Of a stretch of DNA of 64,000 bases, positions 38,931-51,133 are shown piece by piece. Position 1 is the first letter of the stretch. The number at the start of each line of letters is the position of its first letter. A program made the translations under genes and the position numbers. The notes beneath the pieces are model-generated. The model was not told the DNA's origin and searched no databases. It saw nothing but the letters and a program-made list of their open reading frames with translations. Origin of the DNA: Sminthopsis crassicaudata (Eukaryota); contig NC_133618.1 in assembly GCF_048593235.1 (NCBI RefSeq), positions 47,092,478 to 47,156,477 of the forward strand, written 5' to 3'.

Positions 38931-39614
38931 AAAATAAAATATTAAACTAAAATGAGCAATCTAATCCAATCACCTAATTCTAAGAATGAAGATGGCCCAG
39001 ATAAAACAACTTGCTCAAGCTACTTTAACACAAATCTGTTCAAATCCATTTTCTAAGCCATCACTTCAAAGAGATGGGAAGTGAGGAGTCAGTCCTCCAA
39101 GAAACCTCGGGATTCTTGATCTCCTTTCACAAGCAGGAGCTGGAGCCGCCTGCTTCTACGTTGTAAGATCTGGAGAGAAGCCCTCTACGGACAAACTAGC
39201 CAGGTCAGTGAGGAGTGAGAAGGCACAGGTGGCTGACATCAATCCTGGAGGTACCTCCCCAGGCCCACCCTCCAGAACTACACTTAAAAGGCAAGATTGT
39301 TTACAAACCAAATCTGCAGGTATTATCACCTGTCATATGTCCCAGAGAACATCCTGCCAAGTATCTTGCCCTCATGAAGCTGACAATCAGCAGGGAAGAT
39401 AGGATATCCTATTCAAAGAGCAATATCACACAACCGATGTGTAAGAGCATCTGACCAACGCTGAGGTCAGTAAGGGACAGAAGCTGAGGCCCCGAGAGGC
39501 CAGAGGGCCTGCCCAGAGTCCCACAAGAGCTGAGCCTGGATTCTGGCCCCTCGATCCTGTCTTCCCCTCACCACATACTTCATGCATAAACTGCGCCTGC
39601 AGGGACACACTCAC

Positions 39615-39826
39615 CTCCGCCACAGCTATGGACAGCACATCAGAATTGGAGAGGGGATGTGTCTGCATCAGGGTGCCGGTCTCTGAGTCCCAGAACTGGA
39701 CCACGCCAGCTGAGTCTGTGCTCACGACGGTCCCATCCGACAGGAAGGCCACCCCCCACACGACACACCTGCGCCGATGCGGACCTGGGTGCCTCCGATC
39801 CATTAGCATCTTCTGGGTTGTGCTGC
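39615..39826 (-). CDS. UTP4: UTP4 coding exon 5 (212 nt)
   Basis: (G)STTQKMLMDRRHPGPHRRRCVVWGVAFLSDGTVVSTDSAGVVQFWDSETGTLMQTHPLSNSDVLSIAVAE; donor GAG|GTGAGT. Confidence 0.96.
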
Positions 39827-40154
39827 CTGAGAAACAAGCACCCCAAGAGTCAGAGATAAGACCCTCTGTCCTACAGCCTTTCTTCAGCTCCCCCACCTCA
39901 ACAACGAAAACCTTGAGCTAGAGCCAGGGACAGTGAGACAAGTGTGAATCTTCATCACCATTTCAGAGATGACAAGGGGAAGCCTCAACAAGCTTGGTGG
40001 GCTAGCTCCTCCTCTCCAGTCTCCCAGATGGAAGGAGGGCTCACCCATTACTCCCCTTGAGAGAGGATGCTCATGAACTAGTTCTCTGGGCCCAATCAGG
40101 GAAGGGAGGATGCCCCAGTACAAACATGAGAGAAGTAGGGATAAATCACAAGAG

Positions 40155-40297
40155 TTTTTCCTGGCAAGGCAATTGGGGTTAAGTGACTTGCCCAGGGTCA
40201 CATAGCTACTAAGTGTTAAGTATCAGAGGAAGGATTTGAACTCAGGTCCTCCTGGCTCCAGGGCTGATGCTCTATCCATTACACTCCTAGCTGCCCC
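40155..40297 (-). mobile_element. WSINE1 copy
   Basis: Reverse-complement body ending CTAGCTGCCCC. Confidence 0.82.
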
Positions 40298-40744
40298 AAC
40301 TTCTAAGAAATTATAAAGGAAAGAGCTCATGAAGTAGCTGCTAAAAATGTCAACGGGAGACTGAGCTATAAAGGCACTCAGAGTACTTTATTCCAAGGCC
40401 TCAAATTGCTAATACAAATCCTCAAAGGTTTTTGCTCATTTTTCAGCTTAAAGAAAACCTTTTCTCTTCTTTTAAAAATCCCATTGACTCCCCTGGCCAC
40501 AATACAAAATTTCTTTAAAGCAAAAAATAAAGTCAAGTAAAATAAGCCAGGACATTTGTCATGTTTTGTGACACATCCCCAGACCCCCATATTCCACCAC
40601 GAGCTGAGAGAAACGCCTTGCCGATAATGCTCTGAAATCACAATTGGTCACAGCATTCACTAGAGTTTGGAAACCTCTTCTTGAAACCCCCAAACCTTGC
40701 TCCAAATAAAAGAGATGTGCAGCCTGAACTAAGAACATCGGTAC

Positions 40745-40834
40745 CTGATTTAACATCAAGCACAGCAACGTAGTCTATGGAGCCAGCTGCAATGTGAGTA
40801 CCAGATGGATGCCAGCTTAATGAGAGTATTCGAC
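40745..40834 (-). CDS. UTP4: UTP4 coding exon 4 (90 nt)
   Basis: (G)RILSLSWHPSGTHIAAGSIDYVAVLDVKS(G); AG/GT boundaries in the correct phase. Confidence 0.96.
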
Positions 40835-41358
40835 CTGGCAGGGAGAGAATAAAAAAGAATTTGGTTTACAAAGAAACAGGCACAAGTCCCACAGTTCTGT
40901 CCAACAACTAGCTGCAACGTGAATCTTCTATCACCTTCCCCTCCTTCTCTATATTCTAGCACATTATGTACTCTAGTATCTATGCTTTGAGGTCCTACAA
41001 TCATGTATAACATCCTCAGCTCTGAGCTGTGAGGATCTAATAGTACTAACTGAGGAATGCTAGAGAGAATGTAACAAATTCCAGTCCTTATTCGTTAGAA
41101 GATGCCATATTAAAGCAACAAGTCACATTAGCTATTGCTTTTAATAAATCTTATTTAGTTTCTATGAATACTCTTGGGATTTCTCTTTTGTATTTGGTTT
41201 TCTAGCCTGGGGGACCTGACATGGATCACCTTGGACATCTGCGAACAAGGGGATAGCCCCTCTCAGAGGCCAGATAAGACATCTCTTGCAATAAGCACAA
41301 AAGTAACAATTCCTGGAAAGGTCATCCCCATCATTCAGACCCTTAAAATGCCCTTTAC

Positions 41359-41443
41359 CTTTCTGTCGTTCTAAAGTCCGCTCAAGCTGGATTTTGTCTG
41401 GGGCAACATGGAACAGCTTCACAGACCCATCCTCACAACCTAT
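41359..41443 (-). CDS. UTP4: UTP4 coding exon 3 (85 nt)
   Basis: IGCEDGSVKLFHVAPDKIQLERTLERQK(G); acceptor GACAG, donor G|GTAAAG. Confidence 0.96.
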
Positions 41444-41557
41444 CTGTCAGGAGAAGAAGAGAAATAGAAAAGATGAACATATGTGAAAATAAATAAAAAT
41501 GCTAAAGTTTTTTTTTAATTTTTTAGTTAATCAAATATTTTGAAAGAGGGAGAATTC

Positions 41558-42499
41558 CTCAGATGATGAAATTGAAACTATATCCACTCATATGAAAGAG
41601 TGTTCCAAATCACTACCGATTAGAGAAATGCAAATTAAGACAACTCTGAGATACCACTACACACCTGTCAGATTGGCTAAGATGACAGGAACAAATAATG
41701 ATGAATGTTGGAGGGGATGTGGGAAAACTGGGACACTGATACATTGCTGGTGGAGCTGTGAAAGAATCCGGTCATTCTGGAGAGTAATTTGGAACTATGC
41801 CCAAAAAGTTGTCAATCTGTGCATACCCTTTGATCCAGCATTGCTGCTACTGGGCTTATATCCCAAAGAAATACTAAAGAGCAGAAAGGGACCTGTATGT
41901 GCCAAAATGTTTGTGGCAGCTCTTTTTGTTGTAGCTAGAAACTGGAAGATGAATGGATGTCCATCAGTTGGAGAATGGCTGGGTAAATTATGGTATGTGA
42001 AGGTTATGGAATATTATTGCTCTGTAAGAAATGACCAGCAGGAGGAATACAGAGAGGTTTGGAGAGACTTACATCAACTGATGCTGAGTGAAATGAGCAG
42101 AACCAGAAGATCACTATACACTTCAACAACAATACTGTATGAGGATGTATTCTGATGGAAGTGGAAATCTTCAACATAAAGAAGAACCAACTCACTTCCA
42201 GTTGATCAATGATGGACAGAGGTAGCTACACCCAGAGAAGAAACACTGGGAAGTGAATGTAAATTGTTAGCACTAATATCTGTCTGCCTAGGTTACTTAT
42301 ACCTTCGGAATCTAATGCTTATTGTGCAACAAGAAAATGGTATTTACACACATGTATTGTATCTAGACTATATTGTAACACATGTAAAATGTATGGGATT
42401 GCCTGTCATCTAAGGGAGGGGGGGGGATAATTTGGAAAAATGAATACAAGGGATAATATTATTTAAAAAAAAATTAAAAAAAAAAAAGAAAAGAAAAAA
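41558..42499 (+). mobile_element. 5'-truncated LINE-1 (ORF2 C-terminus, 3'UTR, A tail), antisense in a UTP4 intron
   Basis: ORF 41592-42155 MQIKTTLRYHYTPVRLAKM...CWRGCGKTGTLIHCWW is the L1 ORF2 Cys-rich end; A-rich tail; 16-bp TSD GAAAGAGGG(A/G)AATTC-type at 41542-41557 and 42500-42515 with one mismatch. Confidence 0.93.
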
Positions 42500-43673
42500 G
42501 AAAGAGGGAAAATTCTGGCATCAGGAAAATCATATCCTGGTAAGCAAAACAAGCTCAACAGTACCCTAAAGAGAAAGGTTACAGCGATGTCCACCAGGGT
42601 ATTCACTCAGAGTGAAGCACAACAGACATGCTGCTGGCTGAGCTAGAAAGACCATTGATCTTAGGAGTCAGGAAGGAGGAGCTGAGTTCGAACCCTAATG
42701 ATCACTAGCTTCTTAAATTCCTTAACCCCTTTCCTAATTTCCTAGATGGGAAGAGAAAAAGAAACTATTGACAATCTTATGACAGAATGCTCCAAACCAG
42801 GAATCCAGGGGAGAGGGTTCTGGAAACCCCTGAAGCTCCCTCTCCCTTCTGTAAAAGGTGATAAAGGAAGAGCTGTGACTGGGCCTAAGCATTCTGGAGA
42901 ACAATCCGGCAGAACTCCAAAAGTCGATACATACTCCACGTACTCCATAATGTCTTCACAGAGTGGCATTATTTTATGGTGGCAAGATACAGGAAAAATA
43001 CAATTGTAGTACATGAGTGTGCTGGGCTTTTACTGACCGTATTGGAAGATGACAAATACCAAGAATTCAGGGAAATTTGGAAGAGTACATATGAACTGAA
43101 CCAGAGAGAAGTAATTGGGACCAGGAGAAAAAGTAGGTTACCAGACAACAGGATGTCCATCAATGTTATGATTAATCAAAGTTTTAGGTAAAATTGAAAT
43201 ATAACTCATCCTTTTTATAAAGGGGTGAGGCAGTGGCCTACAGTTAATAAACAAAACAAATACTAATAAATAAGGCCAATGTGTTCATTTATTTTGCTTA
43301 GTTATATTTGTTTTATGGGAGAATTTTAGGGGAAAAGTTATTGGGAAATAAAACTGATATTAAAAAGAGCATCAATAGAAATGTTAATTTTTTAAGAAGA
43401 CAACTAAGGAAAAATAAATGAATGCAAATAGGATAAAAACAAAGTGTGAATAATCCCAATATGAGCTCTAATTCCATCAATGGGAATACTCCAGAAGCAG
43501 GATAGGGTAGAAATCTCTACCAAACACTCATATTCTGAAAGAAAAATTTTCTTAACTCTCTATTATCATGCAGAAGGAAACCTCAGTAAGTCTGAAAAAA
43601 ACAAAACAAAAAAAACCCAACCCCATAATATGTATTTATAGTAAATAATCCCCTTTCCCCCTCATACACTAAC

Positions 43674-43865
43674 CGCAAGATATGAGCCACTTGGGTCAGC
43701 AGCCATGCTCCAAATGGGACCACCAAAGCCATCAACAGAATACTTGACACTCAGCTTTTCCAAGTCATATTCAATAACGTCACCATTGAGTCCAGCACTG
43801 AAGAGCCGCTGTCCTTTTGTCCAGCACATAGCTTCTGTGGATCGACCCTCATGGCCTGGGAAAAA
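43674..43865 (-). CDS. UTP4: UTP4 coding exon 2 (192 nt)
   Basis: FFPGHEGRSTEAMCWTKGQRLFSAGLNGDVIEYDLEKLSVKYSVDGFGGPIWSMAADPSGSYLA; AG/GT boundaries. Confidence 0.96.
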
Positions 43866-43969
43866 CTACAAAAACACAGTAATACTTCACTTGTTAAATA
43901 ATCATGATCATTTATTAGCATCTACTGAGTAGTTAGACAATGCATGGAATTTCTATCACAACCCAAAGC

Positions 43970-45880
43970 AGATGAAACAATCGGATTTGTTTCTGAAAAT
44001 ATTTAGATGTTTTGGTTCTGTTCTTATTGATGTATGTTTAGTTTTGAGAAGCAGTGTGTTTGTATACATTGCCGACCCCTACTTGAGATATCCTGGTTCT
44101 GTGATTCTCAGGAGTCCTACAACTTTATTTTTTGGAACATATTCTTCAACATTAGCCCTTGCAAAAGCCTGTGTTCCAATTCCCCTTCCTCTATGCTCTC
44201 CCCTAGATGGCTAGTCCAATATATGTTAAACATGTTATAAATATATGCTAAATCCAATATATGCATATTTATACAGTTATTGTGCCTAACAAGAAAAAAA
44301 TAAGACAGCAAACAACAACAAAAAGAGTGAAAATGCTATATTGTGGTTTACATTCAGTTCCCACAGTCCTCCTTTTGGGTGTAGATGGCTCTCTTCATTA
44401 CTGAACAATTGGAACCGATTTGAATCATCTCATTGTTGAAGAGAGCCAAGTCCATCAGAATTGATGAATCTTGAACTGGCTTTATCCAATGTGGTTAAAA
44501 GAGTCACTCAAAAACCCTTGGAAATATCAGTTTTTGCTACAAAAGAGGCACCCACAGCAGTCCTTCATCAAGGAGACAGTGTGATTGAGTGGGTGAACCT
44601 CCCAGCACAACCAGAACAAAGCCTTACTCCTTACCTAGTGTTTGTGGCTAGAATTTTATTAAAGGCCATTAATTGATTAGTACAATTATCTGGGATAAGA
44701 CCTGACAAGATATACACCTTTTATACCAACGCACAAATTAATATATGCTGCGAGATCATCCCAGAGTGGCAAATTTTATTGGCCACAACTCCAAATTTTA
44801 CACACGGATCTCCATTAAAGATAACCCGGCTACTACATAATTGGAGATGGATTTTTGAAGAAAAGGTTTCTAAGATTCCTCTTAAAGGACCAACAATCCT
44901 TACAGATGACTGCAAAGAAAATAATCTTGTTGTTACTGTGAAATAATGATTTCCTGGTTCTGCTCATTTCACTCAGCATCAGTTCATGTCAGTCTCTCCA
45001 GGCCTCTCTGAAATCATCCTGCTGATCATTTCTTACAGAATAATATAATATAGAATAATAATATTCCATAACATTTATGTCCTGATTTCATGAACTGATG
45101 CTGTGTACATGAGATCACTGTACAACAACAAGATTATATGATGATCAATTCTGATGGACGTGGCTCTTTTCAACAATGAGGTGATTCAAGCCAATTCCAA
45201 TAAACTTGTGATGGAGAGACCCATCTGTACCCCCTTTGATCTGATTTTTTTCTTGTATAGCATGATAAATGTGGAAATATACATTTTTATTATAGTTTTT
45301 ATTTACAGGATATATGCATGGGTAATTTTCCAACAATGACCCTTGCAAAACCTTCTGTTTCAACTTTTTCCCTCCTTCCCTCCACCCCCTCCCCTAGATG
45401 GCAGGTAGACCAATACATGTTAAATATGTTAAATACAATATATGTATACACATCCATACAGTTATTTTGCTATACAAGAAAAATTGGACTTAGAAATAAT
45501 GTAAACTTAACCTGAGAAGGAAATCAAAAACAGAGGGAGTGGAAATGCTATGTTGTGGTTCACCCTCATTTCCATAGTTCTTTCACTGGGTGTAGCTGGT
45601 CCTTTTCATTATTGAACAAATGGAAGTGATTTGGTTCATCTCATTGTTGAAGAGAGCCACATCCATCAGAATTGATCATCATATAGTATTGTTCCTGAAT
45701 ATATATATAACCATCTCCTGGTCCTGCACACTTCACTCAGCATCAGCTCATGTAAGTCTCTCCAGGCCTTTCTGAAATCATCCTGCTGGTCGTTTCTAAA
45801 GAATAATAATATTCCATAACATTCATATACCACAATTTATTCAATTATTCTCCAATTGATGGGCATCCATTCAATTTTTG
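43970..45880 (-). mobile_element. Cluster of L1 3'-end fragments (mostly minus), interrupted by the ERV pol piece
   Basis: Repeated marsupial L1 3' motifs such as GAAGAGAGCCA.GTCCATCAGAATTGAT and CATTTCACTCAGCATCAGTTCATG. Confidence 0.8.
44467..44929 (+). mobile_element. Class II (betaretrovirus-like) ERV pol fragment: RT connection domain to RNase H start
   Basis: Frame from 44461: KPLEISVFATKEAPTAVLHQGDSVIEWVNLP...KAIN*LVQLSGIRPDKI...PEWQILL...WRWIFEEKVSKIPLKGPTILTD, resembling HERV-K/MMTV-type PLQLLIFAT..PTG.I.Q...VEW.FLP...P.KI...W...TVFTDG; one in-frame TGA. Confidence 0.8.
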
Positions 45881-46689
45881 TGGAAATATATTTAGAAGAA
45901 TTGCACATGTTTAACCCATTCGATTACTTGCTGTCTGGGGGTAGAAAAATTTGGAACACAAGGTTTTGCAGGGGTGAATGTTGAAAACTTTTGGTCTGTA
46001 TTTTGAAAAATAAAAAACTTGTTATTTTTAAAAAATCTATACTATAATAACGAGAATAGAAACAAAAAGTTACACACACGCACAAAAGTTCTGAATGTTC
46101 CTACTGGGACTAAGGAATACTTCTATGGGAGCTGCTGGCCTAAGTAGGGAAGAAAATTAAAAGTGCTCAAACAATCAATCAACCAATCAGCAAGCATCTA
46201 TTATTGTGGTATATGAATACTATGGAATATTATTATAGTATCAGGCTCTGCGCCCAGTACTGGGTAATACAAAAAAAGCAAACAGTTCTTGGCCCACAAG
46301 GAACTTAAAATGCTAACAGAGTAACTATGTATAAACAAATGGGTAAATGAAGAATAGTTGAAAGGCAGCCGTAGTAGGTAGAAGTGGGAAGGTCAGGGAG
46401 CAGCAAAGGCCTAGATAGATAGACCAACAAAGATCTGCAAGATGGGGTGGCCTTTTACCAATCTTATTATAATTTTTAAAATATTTCACTTTCTCCGAAT
46501 TAAAGGGAAAAACAATTTTTAACATTTGTTCTTCCAAATTTTTGAGTTCCATGTTCCTCCACCACCAACTAGTGAAGAAAAAAAGCCATTTAATATGTTA
46601 TAAATGAGCAAAATGTACTTCTCAGTTAGTCATGTTGTGAGAGAAAACACCAAGAAACCCCAAGAAAAATAAAGAACATTTTATCAGTC

Positions 46690-47870
46690 TTAAAGGAAAT
46701 CAGGAATTCTGAGAGTATAGGATTGGGAAAGAGCTTTTCAGGCAGAGGGAACAGCCAGCAACAAAGGCACAGACACAGTCCTTTAAGGAATCACTGAGGA
46801 GGCTGGTGTGACTGACTAAGAGGCCTCAGAGGGGAGCAGATGGCAAGAACCGTGGCTAGGCAGGAAGGGCACAGGCTGAAAGAACCCAAGAATCTGTCCT
46901 TGATCCTGGAGGAAGAGAGCCAAAGGTCGGCACAGTCAGTGTGGAGAGTGGAGGTGGGGAAACCAAGGAGAAAGCTGCTCAACAATGGAAGTGAGGGGCG
47001 AGGAGGGCCCCACAAAGGTGGTGGCCACATGCAAGAAATGTCGTGGATCAAAGATATGACAACTGGTTGGACATGAAGAGCAAGTGGGAGAGAAGAGCTG
47101 AGGTTTTGGCCCTGAGTGAGCAGAAAGTACAATCATGAGATAATTCAGAAGAGAGGACCAGTTTTATATTGGACATGATTACCTGGAGATGCCCACTGGC
47201 ACATCCAGTTCAAAATGTCCAAAAAGGAGTTGGCAATGTAGGATTGGAAATGGAGAGAGGAACCAAGACCTGTGACTCATCTGCATAACAGAGATAATAA
47301 CCAGCATTTAAATAACGCTTTAAGGTTTGCAAAACACTACCCAAGTTACCTCATTCCTCACAATAAACTGAAGAGTGGACACTTTTATTATTCCAATTCA
47401 CCAGAAAATTATGATTTTCATCATCAAGATGATGTATGTAATGAATATACTAATAATTTAAATCTCTTAGAGCTGGCTCTTCTGGTCTGAGTCAGTCTTA
47501 CAATGAAGTTTAGAGACCAAGACAGTAAAATGCAGTTAACAGGTGAAATTTTAACTTAGCTCTTCTAAGCCCAGCACTGTTCACTGAGCCCACTGGGAGC
47601 TCAAGAGGTCATTAAGTGAGAGATTAAGAAAAAAAGAACCAAAACAGAGCCTTGGGGGACTCTAGATTAGTGGGCATGACATGAGTGAGGAGTAAGCAAA
47701 TTAAAATTAGGAGGAATGCCAAGAAAGAGGAGGTGTCAAATGATGCAGAAAGATCAAGAAAGATGAAGATCAAGAGCAGGTCTGGCATTCAATCACTAAG
47801 CACTGGTAATGATGAGAGAGTAATTTCAGTGGAATGATAAAGTCAGTAACTATATTGCAGAGATTTTTAG
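46690..47870 (-). mobile_element. Ancient L2 fragments (others at about 49300-50170)
   Basis: CAGGCAGAGGGAACAGCCAG..CAAAGGCACAG and GGACATG....GAGATGCC...CATCCAG motifs typical of L2. Confidence 0.55.
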
Positions 47871-47949
47871 ATGAGTGTGGATGAGAAGAATTAGAAAGAC
47901 TAGATATATTTTCCCCCTTTCCCTCCCTCCCAAAAGAGTTTCTTGCAAG

Positions 47950-48485
47950 GGACAACTTATTATTATTCTGTAAGAAATGACCAGCAGGATGATTGAATTG
48001 ATGCTAAATGAAACGAGCAGAACCAGGAGATCGTTATACATAGCAACAATAAGACTATACGACAATCAATTCTGATGGACGTGGCTCTCTTCAACAATTG
48101 AGATGATTCAAACCAGTTCCAATTGTTCAGTAATGAAGAGAGTCATCTACACCCAGAGAGATAACTATGGGAATTGAGTGTGGATCACAACATAGCATTT
48201 TCACTCTTTCTGTTATTGTTTGTTTGCATTTTTGTTTTCCTTCTCAGGTTTTTTTTTCTTTCTAGATCTGATTTTTCTGGTATAAGATAACTATAAATAT
48301 GTATACACATATTGGATTTAACATATATTTTAGCAAATTTAACATGTATTGGACTACCTGCCATCTGGGGAGGGGGTGGAAGGAAGGAGGGGAAAAGGTG
48401 AAACAGAAGTTTTTGCAAGGGTCAGTGCTGAAAAATTACCCATGTATATGTTTTGTAAATAAAAAGCTATAATAAAAAAAAAATT
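47950..48485 (+). mobile_element. L1 3'UTR fragment with A tail
   Basis: AATGACCAGCAGGATGA...GAACCAGGAGATCGTTATAC...AATAAAAAGCTATAATAAAAAAA. Confidence 0.8.
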
Positions 48486-50972
48486 AACTGAAACAACAAA
48501 AGTGAAAATTAAAAATGTATTAGCTGACATAAAAAAAGTAAAGAGAAGAAAGATCCCTCAGATGCTAATTCAATTAAAAGCTCACCACTCTTTAAACACC
48601 AAATATTGGGCTGCCAGTTTTTATACTAAACTATTCTACTTCCTTAATCTTCATATAGCATCAGGGGTCTTTGACCTTTTCTGTTATAACCTTAGGGCAG
48701 TCTGGGACAGATCTCTTCTCAAAATCATGGTGTGAAATGTAAAAACTAAAATACATAGGATTACAAAGGAATCCCATTCCACTGAAATAAAGTTATCAAA
48801 ATATACTTTTAGGAGTTCACGGACCCTCAAACTTCTGCCTTTTAATTTCTCAATGCTGAACAGGGCCTTAGAATCAATCTAGTTCAATCCCCTTATTTCA
48901 GTGAAGAGAAAGTTGAACCTTAGAAGGGCTAAGTCAGACAGCCTGACATCAAACAGTGACAAAATCAGGAACAAAGTTCAAACCTGTGGGCAATAAGCGC
49001 AGCTACTCTTTTCCATTCTACAACTGCCTCTCAGCATGGCCAAAATGGAGGCAGGAGGGGAAATTCCCTCTCATAGCAGGACTGCAAACAATCCATGACA
49101 GTGAATCTTATCAAAGACCTTTGAGATACAAGCTATAAACAATCTAGAGAATGAACTAGAGATCTTCCTATTATTATGTGACAAACTTTAGAACATCACC
49201 CAGGGTGCCTGCCATTACCTACCTGACATAAAAGCATCTGTGTCAAATCCCTAAGCATTTACTAAAGGCCTGACCATGTACCAGGTAATGGGCCACCTCT
49301 GGAGGTCCCGTCTCTGACCACAATACCCTGTGTTTCCATCTTTGATCCTCTCTCTCTTCATCCTCATCTCATCCCTCAGTGTGTTCATCCTTTCCCCCAT
49401 GTTGCCAATTTCTTACCTCTGTTCCTGCCATACATTTCATCTTTAATTTCATTGTTATATACACACGTCATCTTCTCCTCCTGTGTCCTTTCAAGCTCAC
49501 TCACACCGGATCAGGCTCTCCATCCATATGCTCTGACCTAATCCTGAGCCATAAACCCCAAAGAGGGAAACCCCACCATCGCACCCAATTCCAACAGCTG
49601 CCTCTCTGCTGCATTCCTCTTTAACAGAGCCCCCATCCCACTGTCCTCAGGAGCTACTCCGCATGCTGTTGTTCTCCCTCATTCCGGACCTCCCGGCCAT
49701 CGATTGCGAGTTCCCTCATCCCTCTGTGGTATACTTTAAACCTCTTCTGCCTTTTTACAGACCTTCCCTGGCTTTCAGCTGGATTCTAACCCATATGGGC
49801 CCACCAACCTTTCTTCTCTGCCCCTCCCTGTACACATTACTCACACAGCCCCTGTCCTCATTTAGGCCATTATGAGTTCAACTGCTGAAGTAGCTTCCTA
49901 ATTGGGCCTCCTTTTTCCAGTCTCTTTCCTCTCCAAGATCTCCTACAAAGGAACCTTCCTGGTACAAATCTGACGTCAGCTGAGGCAGTACCTGTCCTGC
50001 CTCTTCAAGCTGAGGCTCTTCCTCCCTGAATTTTCCTGGTACTCAATCAGGGGAGTTGTCTCCCCATTCCCCGGAGAATTTAACTTCAGTTCCTAAAGAT
50101 GGGGGTTGTTTCATTTTGGTCTTTGTACCCCCTAAAGTCAAGAACAACACTGTGCACATACCAGGTGCTTAGGGAATTCTGAATTTCTGAACTAAGATGG
50201 CTCAAAGGTCAAACATTACCTCTTTCCATTCACTATTCATCACCGGTAATAAGCCATAGCTACTCATTTCCTTAAGTGCCCCACTCTTCTCTGCCCTGCA
50301 GTCCCTGGCTGCTGTTATCCTCCTGAGGTCATGGTGCTCTATGATTCAAAGAAAACAGTCCTGTCCTGATGCTTGAGCTTTGTTAACAAAGTACACTGGT
50401 GGTCAGGCTGTCCTGTTACTCAGTTCTGTTCCTAGATCACTGCTCCTCAACAATAAATAAGGAGCTATTTCAACCCAAACAGAGCAGTATGTGTTCCCGT
50501 ACCCGTAAAGGTTTCTCCAAACACGCGCCCAGTGCAATCTTTTTCACATAACGAAGGTTTTTGTTGAAACAGAGACTGACTGACAGGAGTCCCCAAACAG
50601 TAACAAAACTGAAAGAGAATTGGCACTTTTCCCCCTGATGTCCTCACAGGGATGTGGCCCAGATAAAATTCTGTAAACTGTGCCCCGGAAAGGTTACAGC
50701 CACTGAAAAACTTATGGCTCAAGCAGCAGCCTAAGGAACCTCTTGGTCGTGCTAAACAGCCCCAAACAAGGAGCTGTGAAAGGTTTGGGGCACTTTAGCC
50801 CAATGAGATCATAAAGCACAACATGTGCTTGTTACCGGGGACATTTCTTAAGGGAACAGAGGCTCCTTAACAGCAGGCACAGCAGGGGATGGGGCAGCCC
50901 TGGCTTTGCTCCCTCCCTCCCTCTTACGACCAAAGTTTCCTCATCCACAAAAGAAGCCTGTAGCGCACGAAC

Positions 50973-51133
50973 CTTCTCCTGAAAGCTGTTGGCTGCCAGG
51001 TTGTAGATCTCGACTGTGCCATCCGAGCGGGAGACGGCCAGCCTGTGGGACTGGTGATTGTAGGCCATACATCGGATCCCCACGGGGACATAGTTGAAGA
51101 AGCGCACTCGATGAACCTTAAATTCACCCATTC
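50973..51133 (-). CDS. UTP4: UTP4 (cirhin, U3 snoRNP/t-UTP WD40 protein) first coding exon; ATG at 51131
   Basis: MGEFKVHRVRFFNYVPVGIRCMAYNHQSHRLAVSRSDGTVEIYNLAANSFQEK; acceptor CCTAG|GAATG; donor AAG|GTTCGT; 159 coding nt. Confidence 0.97.

Noticed and set aside
39884-39958. C/D snoRNA-like boxes (GTGATGA...CTGA, minus strand) about 60 nt upstream of a UTP4 acceptor
   Set aside because: No terminal stem (GAAATG versus AGAAAG), no D'/C' boxes and no evident rRNA guide.
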